DNA of 52,705 nucleotides from an uncultured Bacilli bacterium (GTDB lineage: Bacteria; Bacillota_I; Bacilli_A; RF39; UBA660). The stretch lies in contig CANRHC010000003.1 in NCBI GenBank assembly GCA_947630305.1, positions 1 to 52,705 of the forward strand, given 5' to 3'. Below are positions 38,198 to 46,076 of this stretch, in pieces. The notes under the pieces are model-generated. The model ran no database searches, was not told the origin of the DNA, and saw nothing but the letters and a program-made list of their open reading frames with translations. Both the position numbers and the translations under genes were made by a program. How positions within the stretch are numbered: position 1 is the first letter of the stretch; each line of letters begins with the position of its first letter.

Positions 38198-39550
38198 TTA
38201 ATTCATTACCAAATCCGCAGGATAAAGCTGAACGTGAACAAATAAATTAGAGTAATATTTGAGTGTACCTAAACCTACTTGTTGAGCACAATAAGCTATT
38301 TCATCTACCATAGCTCTAGACATACCAGGCGTATAAAGATCACAAGCATCCCCACTTAAATGAAGGCTATCAGGAACACCGCCATCTCTAGCATTTTGTA
38401 TAGGACATCTAAAGCCTGAAGTAATAACAAGTGGCATATCATGGCCCGCTCTTTGACTAAGTAAGTTTCTTAATTGTTGAACCTTAACTTTCAATTCAGA
38501 TTTAACATCTCCACCGCATCCACATTCACATTTAAATTCATCTTCAGTAAAGTTAACTAAAGTAGTTTCTGAAGAAGGCTGAACTTCAGTATTGAATAAT
38601 TTTGAATAAGTTTGTTCACCAACTATACCATCAACTTCTAAACCGTTTTTAGATTGAAAGTCCATAACGCTACCCATAGTACCAGCACCAGCCACACCAT
38701 CAATATCACAAGGAGAACCGACTTCACATAATCTTGTTTGATAAGCTCTTAATTGCTGTTCAGCATATGCTTGAGTAACAGGACCCCAAATACCATCCAC
38801 AGTAATGTTATAAGCTCTTTGAGCGTTAATTAAACATTCTTTAGTTTCAGGACCCCAAATACCATCTATTTCAGGCGCACCATAATTACAAATAGTTAAA
38901 AAATATTGAATATTATCAACTTCCCAATTAAAACCGCTGTTAGTAACTGTATTTTCAGGTTTAGGTGTTCCTGGTACTTGAGCTTCAACAGGAGTTGAAG
39001 AAGTTTCACCAATAGCTGTATAACTTTCACCAGCTACATCAAGAAGTCCATAAGCTATAGCATGCCCAAATAGTTTAGTATTATTTCTGATTAAATCATT
39101 ATCAGCTTTAATAGAACCTATTTCCATAATTAAAGAAGGCATATCAGTAGCTCTAACTTCATAATCATCCCTACATAAATTACCCCTATCATTTAAACCT
39201 GGTATTCTTAATTTCATAGAAGCTCTTACAGCTTCAGCCATAGCTAAACCAGCTTCACTAATATAAATAGGGTAAATTCCTGAAGGTGCTTGATCCCAAT
39301 CTAAATGAATAGAAATATAATGAGAACAGCCATTATTATTAGCTGTATCAACACATTTAACTATATTCATATTATTATCAGGATAATCAGTTAAATAGCT
39401 TTTTCCATTAGCATTAAACACTTCTAGAATACCAGCTACAACTTCTTTAGCTAAAGCGGCTTCAGTATAACCATTCCATGTACAACCAGTATCCCAAGAA
39501 CCATCTTGTGAAACACCATGCCCAATAGCTATATAAGGTTTAAAACTCAT
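38198..39550 (-). CDS. Endolysin: amidase_3 + peptidoglycan-binding repeats + M15 peptidase
   Basis: GHG...E, SIH, MEIG; DGIWGP/DGIVG repeats; CECGC, TSGFRC..N...GG...SLHL.G.A.D, FVHV. Confidence 0.9.
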   Translation of the reverse strand: MSFKPYIAIGHGVSQDGSWDTGCTWNGYTEAALAKEVVAGILEVFNANGKSYLTDYPDNNMNIVKCVDTANNNGCSHYISIHLDWDQAPSGIYPIYISEAGLAMAEAVRASMKLRIPGLNDRGNLCRDDYEVRATDMPSLIMEIGSIKADNDLIRNNTKLFGHAIAYGLLDVAGESYTAIGETSSTPVEAQVPGTPKPENTVTNSGFNWEVDNIQYFLTICNYGAPEIDGIWGPETKECLINAQRAYNITVDGIWGPVTQAYAEQQLRAYQTRLCEVGSPCDIDGVAGAGTMGSVMDFQSKNGLEVDGIVGEQTYSKLFNTEVQPSSETTLVNFTEDEFKCECGCGGDVKSELKVKVQQLRNLLSQRAGHDMPLVITSGFRCPIQNARDGGVPDSLHLSGDACDLYTPGMSRAMVDEIAYCAQQVGLGTLKYYSNLFVHVQLYPADLVMN

Positions 39551-39568
39551 TATTATCTCCCCAAATAA

Positions 39569-39610
39569 TAAAAAAGTAGGGAACGTTCTAGAACCGTTTA
39601 TTCCCTACTT
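39569..39610 (-). terminator. Terminator-like hairpin directly upstream of endolysin
   Basis: AAGTAGGGAA/TTCCCTACTT 10-bp stem followed by a T tract on the minus strand. Confidence 0.6.
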
Positions 39611-39706
39611 GAACTCAAGCCTGGTAAACTTAAGGTTTTATAAGCAACCGTTCGCTTGAGGTTTATACAGATAAAATTGTTTAATCTTTAACTTGTTATA
39701 GGATCT

Positions 39707-40009
39707 TTAATTTGAATCGGAGCTATTTACTAAATTGTTAACTTCTTGTTGCGTTATAGTACCAGCTTTTAAACCATTTAATACTGGTTGAGTAATTTGA
39801 GCGTCTTGAGTCCAATTGTTGTTTCTCCACCAGCCCCAAATTTCACCAATTATAGTAGCTATACCACTTACAACAAGTGTTATTGTTTCGTCCCCTATTT
39901 CTAAATTTGGTAAACCTCTTAAGGTAAGAAAAGCATTAATACATCCTACTAAAGTAACTAGTAAAGGTGCTATAGCGTTTATTTTTGCTATTATTTCCTG
40001 TTTATTCAT
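39707..40009 (-). CDS. Holin (SPP1-family-like)
   Basis: Two TM segments, WGWWRNNNWT motif. Confidence 0.85.
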   Translation of the reverse strand: MNKQEIIAKINAIAPLLVTLVGCINAFLTLRGLPNLEIGDETITLVVSGIATIIGEIWGWWRNNNWTQDAQITQPVLNGLKAGTITQQEVNNLVNSSDSN

Positions 40010-40313
40010 CTTTATTACCCCCATTATTAATTGTTATATTTTTATAATTACTTAGTTTAATTAAAGCTTCTTGGTGTTGGTCTAATCTCTTTTCATGATC
40101 GTTTAAAGTTTCTTTAACTTCTTTTTCCATTTTTTCTATATACTTGTTTAAGTTATCTATTGCTAAAGTACATTTAACTAGATTTTCATTAAACTGGTAA
40201 TAGATATTATTTTGTTTTTCTAAATGTTCGCTAAAGTATTTAAACAAAACAAATATAGCTGTTAAACCTACAACTATGCCACCAATCAGCTCAAATTGAC
40301 TTAAAGAATCCAT
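40002..40313 (-). CDS. Holin-like/BhlA-type membrane protein
   Basis: N-terminal TM plus coiled coil (HEKRL); lies upstream of the holin. Confidence 0.6.
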   Translation of the reverse strand: MDSLSQFELIGGIVVGLTAIFVLFKYFSEHLEKQNNIYYQFNENLVKCTLAIDNLNKYIEKMEKEVKETLNDHEKRLDQHQEALIKLSNYKNITINNGGNKDE

Positions 40314-40325
40314 AAAATTCACCAT

Positions 40326-40351
40326 AAAAAAAGGCCTCAATTAAGAGGCCT
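40326..40351 (-). terminator. Intrinsic terminator before the lysis genes
   Basis: AGGCCTC/GAGGCCT stem, then a T tract. Confidence 0.65.
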
Positions 40352-40506
40352 AATAGCATTTTTTAAAGTAGCTTCAAAATAAAGAAATAAGAAAAAATTT
40401 CTAAATAAAGAAACTATTTCAAGGGAAGAAATTTCAGTAATTGCATTATATTACAATTTAATAATTAATACAATAGCAATAATTAACTTTTTTAGTATAA
40501 TTTCTT

Positions 40507-40635
40507 TTATTCTTGTGTTAATTCTTCTAATTCTAGATCAATAAGAACTTGTCTAACTTGTTCTTTAATTCTAGTAGGTACATCAGAAAAGTTCTTTTTA
40601 CCATTTACAATTAAAGTAGCATAAATTATTGCCAT
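40507..40635 (-). CDS. CD1375/XkdX-like small protein
   Basis: MAIIYATLIVNGKKNFSDVPTRIKEQV; start 40635 after GGAGG. Confidence 0.75.
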   Translation of the reverse strand: MAIIYATLIVNGKKNFSDVPTRIKEQVRQVLIDLELEELTQE

Positions 40636-40636
40636 G

Positions 40637-40747
40637 TTATCCCTCCATTTCTTCAAGTAATTTTTCAACTTTTGAACGAATCTTTTCAGGAACTTCATCA
40701 ATTGTTTTTAAACCTCTTTTTATCAGATTAAAATATACCTGTTCCAT
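40637..40747 (-). CDS. Second CD1375-like small protein (36 aa)
   Basis: Read by hand: MEQVYFNLIKRGLKTIDEVPEKIRSKVEKLLEEMEG; TAATG coupling to the upstream gene. Confidence 0.7.
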   Translation of the reverse strand: MEQVYFNLIKRGLKTIDEVPEKIRSKVEKLLEEMEG

Positions 40748-41001
40748 TACATTTCCCCTATCTGCAATTCATATAAATCTACAAGCCCTAGCATTAGAGC
40801 GTCATTAGTTTCTTTCTGAATAAGAGCTTGTTCAGCTAGAAATAAAGATACAGGTATCCAGCGTTCTTGATATTTCCAACCGCCTTCTTCTCTTTCTTCA
40901 AAATCTTTACGTTCTATTACAAATCCATTTTCTAAAGGTTCAATAGAATTTGGCTTATGGTCTAAACAAAATTGTTCCTGCCATTGTGTTCTATCACCCA
41001 T
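40747..41001 (-). CDS. Tail-fibre-associated small protein
   Basis: GGAGG RBS; C-terminal LMLGLVDLYE typical of genes preceding CD1375-like genes. Confidence 0.6.
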   Translation of the reverse strand: MGDRTQWQEQFCLDHKPNSIEPLENGFVIERKDFEEREEGGWKYQERWIPVSLFLAEQALIQKETNDALMLGLVDLYELQIGEM

Positions 41002-41033
41002 ATTTCCTCCATAAAAAAAAGACATGAATTTAA

Positions 41034-42182
41034 TCACGTCTTATTAATTTCTTCACTAATAAAAGTATTTAAAACATCATCTAGTTGTTGCTGTTTCTTT
41101 AAATGTGCTTTATATCTATCACTTGAAGAAATTATTTGTCTTAGCCTTTTTCTGTTTACTAAAGGTTTAATATATTTTAAAAAGTAATTATAGGTATCGC
41201 TCTTTCTTAGAAATTCTAAATAACACATCATTGATCTAGCGTCATAACCTGTTATCTTTTTACCAGCTTTAAGTTTTTTATCTAAATGAAGTGCTTTTCT
41301 TCTAGCACGTCTTAAAATAGATTTTCTTAAAGTGGTTTTATTTCTGTAAAATCTGAAGCCTAAAAAATCTATATCTCTACCGTTCTTATCATTCTTATCA
41401 ACAAATCTAAATATCTGCCAGTTTTCCTTAAGCCTTAATTTAAGTTTGTTATTTAAGTATTCTTCTATTCTATCTTTAATTTTATGTAGTTTTCTTTTAT
41501 TAGGACAAAGAATAACTATATCATCCATATATCTAATATAATGATCTACTTTTAATTCTTGTCTAACAAAATTATCAAATTCCTGCATAAAATAATTAGA
41601 AAACCATTGAGAACAGTAAACACCTTTAGGGAGTCCTGGTTGATAAGTATCAAGTAATTGTTGTATCAAACTTAAATATTTTTGATCGTTAATAATATGC
41701 TGAAGTTTAAACATTAATAAAGAATGATCTATAGAATCATAGAACTTCTTTATATCAGCTTTAAAAACATAAAATCTTTTATTACCATAAGATTTTATCC
41801 ATTTTTCTAAAGCTTTTTTACCTGTTATACAACCTCTACCAGGAATAGAGCCACAAACAAAATCATCAATAGATTTAAGTACAATCGGTTTAAATTCAAT
41901 CATAATCATGTGATGAACTATTTGATCGTAAATAAATTTAGGTTTAGTTATTGTTCTAACCTTTTTATCTGAACCTTCATTAATCACACTAATAGAATAA
42001 GGTTTAAACTGATATTCACCAGTAAGTAAAAGATTTCTAAGTTTCTTCTTATGATAATCCCAATTCTGATAAATCCGTTTAACGTAGGATCTATTCTTTT
42101 TACCTTTACTAGCGCCTTCTAAAGCTAGATCCATTACCTCATCAGTTAACATATCTTCAAACAGATTGTTATATGATTTCAT
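41034..42182 (-). CDS. DGR reverse transcriptase
   Basis: KADIKKFYDSI, GLPKGVYCSQ (DGR-type GxxxSQ), YIRYMDD, IDFLG; 382 aa with no maturase or endonuclease extension. Confidence 0.95.
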   Translation of the reverse strand: MKSYNNLFEDMLTDEVMDLALEGASKGKKNRSYVKRIYQNWDYHKKKLRNLLLTGEYQFKPYSISVINEGSDKKVRTITKPKFIYDQIVHHMIMIEFKPIVLKSIDDFVCGSIPGRGCITGKKALEKWIKSYGNKRFYVFKADIKKFYDSIDHSLLMFKLQHIINDQKYLSLIQQLLDTYQPGLPKGVYCSQWFSNYFMQEFDNFVRQELKVDHYIRYMDDIVILCPNKRKLHKIKDRIEEYLNNKLKLRLKENWQIFRFVDKNDKNGRDIDFLGFRFYRNKTTLRKSILRRARRKALHLDKKLKAGKKITGYDARSMMCYLEFLRKSDTYNYFLKYIKPLVNRKRLRQIISSSDRYKAHLKKQQQLDDVLNTFISEEINKT

Positions 42183-42442
42183 TTATTTCTTATCGTCTGT
42201 AGGGCGTTCCGAAAAAGTATCGTACTAGCCCTACCCTACAGCGACATTATTTTTAGCAAGGGCTAGGGATTATAATTCACATTAACAATTTAAAGACGTA
42301 TCTAAGTCTGTAGGAATTGACGATAATTAAGACGGGCACAGCACGAGCCACGGAAATTGTTGTTGTTGTTGCCGTTGTTGTTGTTGTTGAACCACGAGGA
42401 CGCAAGCCCTCACAAGAGCGTGAAATATAACCCGAAAAACTA
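42183..42442 (-). ncRNA. Predicted structured DGR template RNA
   Basis: TATAAT at 42454-42449; inverted repeats bracket TR; interleaved stems in the spacer. Ends approximate. Confidence 0.55.
42329..42411 (-). repeat. DGR template repeat (TR), 83 nt
   Basis: GAGGGCTTGCGTCCTCGTGGTTC-(AAC)5-GGC-(AAC)4-AAT-TTCCGTGGCTCGTGCTGTGCCCGTCTT. Confidence 0.95.
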
Positions 42443-42480
42443 ATATCTATTATATAAAATTCAAATTAACAGTTCTAGAA

Positions 42481-42524
42481 TCGGGGGATAAATCCCCCGA
42501 ACCCCCAATCGGTGCTTACGCACC
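42481..42524. promoter_or_regulatory. Hairpins downstream of VR (target-recognition cruciform candidates)
   Basis: TCGGGGGA-TAAA-TCCCCCGA at 42481-42500 and GGTGC-TTAC-GCACC at 42511-42524. Confidence 0.7.
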
Positions 42525-44759
42525 TGTAGGTGGCTCAAAAGAAAGACGGGCACAGCACGAGCCACGGAAATCGCCGCCGTAGTAGTAGTAGAACCACGAG
42601 GACGCAAGCCCTCTTAAACCGCCCCTTCTAACACCTATATGTGTGCCTGATACATATTTCGAAAATTCAATTGGATCACATTCATAAGTACTAGAAGTAG
42701 CACCTATTTCTGAAGGTACTCTACCATAATTATTATCTAAAACTGATGTTTTTATATTTCCTGTTTTAGTAACAAAAGTAGATTGATTAGTATAACCACT
42801 AGTAGTACCTTGTCCATTAGCCGCAATTGTAGCATATGGTCTTTGAGTTTTTACATATAAAGTACCAGTAGCTGTATCATCATTTTTTGAAGTAACTAAA
42901 GTTCCGTCCATCATTTCAGCAAGCGGTTTAGAACGGTCTGAAAAATAATCTTCAATGTGCATAAATTTTACACATCCTGAAGTAGTATCTACAGCTATAG
43001 GTCCTGATTCAGCAAATAATCCTGTTTTTAGACTAGGTAAAGTACCTTCCGAGCCATAATTTACTTCACCGGCTCCTTGTCTACCTTTTCCTAAAACAGA
43101 ACAGTTTTCAGTTTTAAATATGATATTAAAAATCATATCTAACACCTGATATAAAGCCCATGTTGCTAAACCATAGTTTTCACCATTTTTAAGAGCTGTA
43201 TTTCTAATATCGAATGAACTTGATCTTGTTGAAGCAGGGAACATTACATTTTGTCCTGAAATACTTCTTAATTTAGTACCATCATTTGAACCTAAGAACA
43301 TAGCGATAAACTGGTTTTCTAATTCAGCACCTTCAGAATTGGTAAAGCCTAAAGGAACATAGCCATCTTTAGGACTATCTGTAATACTCATATATTCATA
43401 AGTACTATCACTCCAAAATCTAGTGTACATTTTTTCAACGCATACCATAGCGTTACCATCATAAGAAGTTTGGCCTATATCAGAATAATCACCATCAAGT
43501 TTTTTAGCATAGTTATAAGGATCTAGTAAATAATCAATAGTACCATTAGTTTTAAGCATAACAGGATAGATTTTTTCAAAGAAGAAAGTATCTAACCAAT
43601 CTCCGTAATTAACAGTTGAGCCTTCAACGCTTCCTGGTGTCATTCCTGTAGCGTCATCCTGATATTCAACACGTTCTGTAGGATCTTCAGTATTCTTGTT
43701 AATTCTAATGGTATAAACACCACCTATACTAAATCTAGCGTTATAACTCTTAGCTTCAGAAACATTTACTTTAACTGTTTTTTCAGGAAAATCATCACAG
43801 GTTAAAGTCCATTCACCCAGTTCACTTACTAAGAAAGTACAAGTTCTATTAGTAACAGTTTGTTCTAAAGTAGTATTATCTAATGTACATTTAAGAACTT
43901 TTCCATCTATTTTAGAATCAGTCTTAACTATAATCATAGGAATACCGCTTGAGCTTTCATCTATCTTAATTTCAGTAGAATAAGAAGTAGCTGAATCAAC
44001 ACTAACTGTTTGACTAATATAAGAATTGCCTTCTACCCCAATTGTCCATGTACCAGTTTTATGTACATTAAACTTAACATTAGTAGATAAAGCTTTTTCT
44101 TTATAAGTAGTACCTTCTTGTTTACAGGTTATAGTTGAACCTACTAAAGCACTAGGTAAACTTACTCTAATAGTTGCTGTAAATTCATAGAATTCAGCAA
44201 GCGTAATTAATGGATTTTCTACTTCAATAGTTAAAACTAAAGCGTCTAAATTGTTTTTAACAGTATAAGAACCGCCATCAGGAATAACTATATCTGCTAT
44301 ACCATTTTCTACAACAGCTGAATATTCTTGTGAATCAGCCTTATTAGTAGCTGTAAATGTTTTTCCTTCATATTTTGAATCACAAGTAACTCTAATTACA
44401 AGTGAAGCTGAACCAGTTCCATTTTCTTCTATCTCAGAAACTTGTTCTTTTAAATTTGAAATATCACTTTTATTAGTTTCAATATTTTGTGTGTTTGTAC
44501 TTACACTACTTTTTAAATTTGTTATATCAGTTGTGTTAGTACCTACACTAGATTCTAAATTTGTAACGTTACTCTCAATTGCTGATATTGAATCCTTAAT
44601 CCCCTTTACGGTGGTACTATCACCACCGTAAAGAGTTGTAGCGTCTTTTTGTGTTAAGAATTCTGATTGCAAAAGAGTATGTATTTCAGGAATATCTTCT
44701 TTTGTTAAAAAAGGATTTTCTTTTGATGATTCCCAATCATAAATTTTAGCCATATTCAC
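42516..44759 (-). CDS. DGR target: tail fibre/receptor-binding protein
   Basis: Last gene of the fibre block; coiled coil, about three beta-rich repeats, C-terminal RRGG...ARL (CLec-like) segment containing VR; likely ATG at 44753. Confidence 0.85.
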   Translation of the reverse strand: MNMAKIYDWESSKENPFLTKEDIPEIHTLLQSEFLTQKDATTLYGGDSTTVKGIKDSISAIESNVTNLESSVGTNTTDITNLKSSVSTNTQNIETNKSDISNLKEQVSEIEENGTGSASLVIRVTCDSKYEGKTFTATNKADSQEYSAVVENGIADIVIPDGGSYTVKNNLDALVLTIEVENPLITLAEFYEFTATIRVSLPSALVGSTITCKQEGTTYKEKALSTNVKFNVHKTGTWTIGVEGNSYISQTVSVDSATSYSTEIKIDESSSGIPMIIVKTDSKIDGKVLKCTLDNTTLEQTVTNRTCTFLVSELGEWTLTCDDFPEKTVKVNVSEAKSYNARFSIGGVYTIRINKNTEDPTERVEYQDDATGMTPGSVEGSTVNYGDWLDTFFFEKIYPVMLKTNGTIDYLLDPYNYAKKLDGDYSDIGQTSYDGNAMVCVEKMYTRFWSDSTYEYMSITDSPKDGYVPLGFTNSEGAELENQFIAMFLGSNDGTKLRSISGQNVMFPASTRSSSFDIRNTALKNGENYGLATWALYQVLDMIFNIIFKTENCSVLGKGRQGAGEVNYGSEGTLPSLKTGLFAESGPIAVDTTSGCVKFMHIEDYFSDRSKPLAEMMDGTLVTSKNDDTATGTLYVKTQRPYATIAANGQGTTSGYTNQSTFVTKTGNIKTSVLDNNYGRVPSEIGATSSTYECDPIEFSKYVSGTHIGVRRGGLRGLASSWFYYYYGGDFRGSCCARLSFEPPTGA
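42543..42613 (-). repeat. DGR variable repeat (VR), 71 nt
   Basis: Same two arms as TR around TAC TAC TAC TAC GGC GGC GAT. Confidence 0.95.
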
Positions 44760-44786
44760 CCCTTTGCATGTAGCTAAACTTAAAAT

Positions 44787-45383
44787 CTATTGAGTTAGAC
44801 CCTGTTGATAAGCTTCCTGAATATCTTGAGCTGTTGCTACTTGAATATCAGATTCTTTAATATAACCTTCTAAACTTATATGAGTTTGTGTATCATAGAA
44901 ACCATTTTCATCACATCCTTGAGTTCCTTCACCTAGGAAAATATAAACGTGGTTACTATCATCACTAATAATATAGCCTTGTCCTTTAGCAGCTGTATCT
45001 TTAAGAGTTGCTAAATCTTCTTTTGTTTTTACAGGATCATCAGCTAATTTCCACATATCTTGAGCTTTTTCACCTAGTTCAGTTAAAGTTCCTTCAAGTT
45101 CAGTAACTTTTGAAGCTTTAGCGTAAGTTGTATCAGCTACACTAGATTGAAGATATTTATCATCAGCATCACTTGTTTTCATATAATCAGAAAGTAGTGG
45201 ATTAACCTTTTCTGATAATTCTGAATCTTGAACAGCACCATCAACTTTAGCTTTATCAGCTGAAGTATAATCATTACTTGATAAAGCTTTACCTTCTTCT
45301 TTCTTAACAAAGGCTTTTTCAGTTTCCTTTGCTATTTCAGTAACATCATTTAGTTCGACAAATTTTTTGCCTTCTAAAGCCAT
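44787..45383 (-). CDS. Tail fibre-associated structural protein
   Basis: VKKEEGKALSSNDYT motif common in phage fibre proteins. Confidence 0.6.
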   Translation of the reverse strand: MALEGKKFVELNDVTEIAKETEKAFVKKEEGKALSSNDYTSADKAKVDGAVQDSELSEKVNPLLSDYMKTSDADDKYLQSSVADTTYAKASKVTELEGTLTELGEKAQDMWKLADDPVKTKEDLATLKDTAAKGQGYIISDDSNHVYIFLGEGTQGCDENGFYDTQTHISLEGYIKESDIQVATAQDIQEAYQQGLTQ

Positions 45384-45433
45384 AATAAAAACACTCCTTT
45401 AAAAAATTTTTATTAAAAAAGGACTTAACAGAA

Positions 45434-46057
45434 TTAACTGCTAAGTCCTTGTTTAAACGCATTTATAACTTCTTCAGTAGTAGCTACTTCATAATCAGGA
45501 TCATCATCACCACCGCCACTACCGCTCCAAGAAATACCCATAGCTTCTTGAATATCTTCTTCATCACATTCATATAGCGTTCTTTTATTGAATTCATCAT
45601 TGATAGTATCAAGAACAAATTCAGTTGTAGCAACTGTTATATTAGGATTAATTTGAACCCTAATAATATCAGCATGATCTACAGCTATATGAAAGTTGAT
45701 TAGCATATCATTATAATGATCGCTTTCACCTGTTAAAGCTGTTTTTGGTGTTTCTTCAATCGTTGCTATAGCTACTAAATCATCTTCTTCATTTAGAATT
45801 CCTATTTCTCGAACCATGAAGCCACCAACATCAGCTGGTATATGAGCTTGAAAAATTCCTTGTGTTTCATTAGTAGCGGTGTAATTTTCAATAGCTCCTC
45901 GCCATCTTTCATTCCTTAATTGTTCCTGATTAGCTGTAGGAACATATTCTGAACCACCACCATCACCAACTGCAATTTGCGTCCAATTACATTGTTGGTG
46001 TAAAAAAGAAGCTGTAGCTATATCACTTAGCCCAGCTTGAGTAATTAATGATCCCAT
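45434..46057 (-). CDS. Tail collar fibre protein (DUF3751-like)
   Basis: ITQAG, AVGDGGG, IPADVGGFMVREIG, ATTEFV. Confidence 0.85.
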   Translation of the reverse strand: MGSLITQAGLSDIATASFLHQQCNWTQIAVGDGGGSEYVPTANQEQLRNERWRGAIENYTATNETQGIFQAHIPADVGGFMVREIGILNEEDDLVAIATIEETPKTALTGESDHYNDMLINFHIAVDHADIIRVQINPNITVATTEFVLDTINDEFNKRTLYECDEEDIQEAMGISWSGSGGGDDDPDYEVATTEEVINAFKQGLSS

Positions 46058-46076
46058 TTTCTATTTTGAACCTCTT

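Larger units (their letters stand above)
41034..42613 (-). mobile_element. Diversity-generating retroelement (VR-hairpins-TR-spacer-RT)
   Basis: RT plus a TR/VR pair whose substitutions fall only at TR adenines. Confidence 0.93.

Noticed and set aside
39574-39610. GGTTCTAG as a preQ1 riboswitch
   Set aside because: Lacks the A-rich 3' tail and sits within a terminator-like stem.
40747-41037. ORF downstream of RT as Avd
   Set aside because: Acidic, short, and with a C-terminus typical of tail-associated genes; not excluded without structure prediction.
41034-42182. RT as group II intron, retron or Abi RT
   Set aside because: The GxxxSQ motif, size and adjacent A-specific TR/VR pair identify a DGR; no maturase/endonuclease extension or VTG motif.
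42357-42389. (TTG)n run as a plain microsatellite, CRISPR or poly-Asn ORF
   Set aside because: It is the TR core; the Asn frame has a TGA at the TR 5' edge and there are no spacers.
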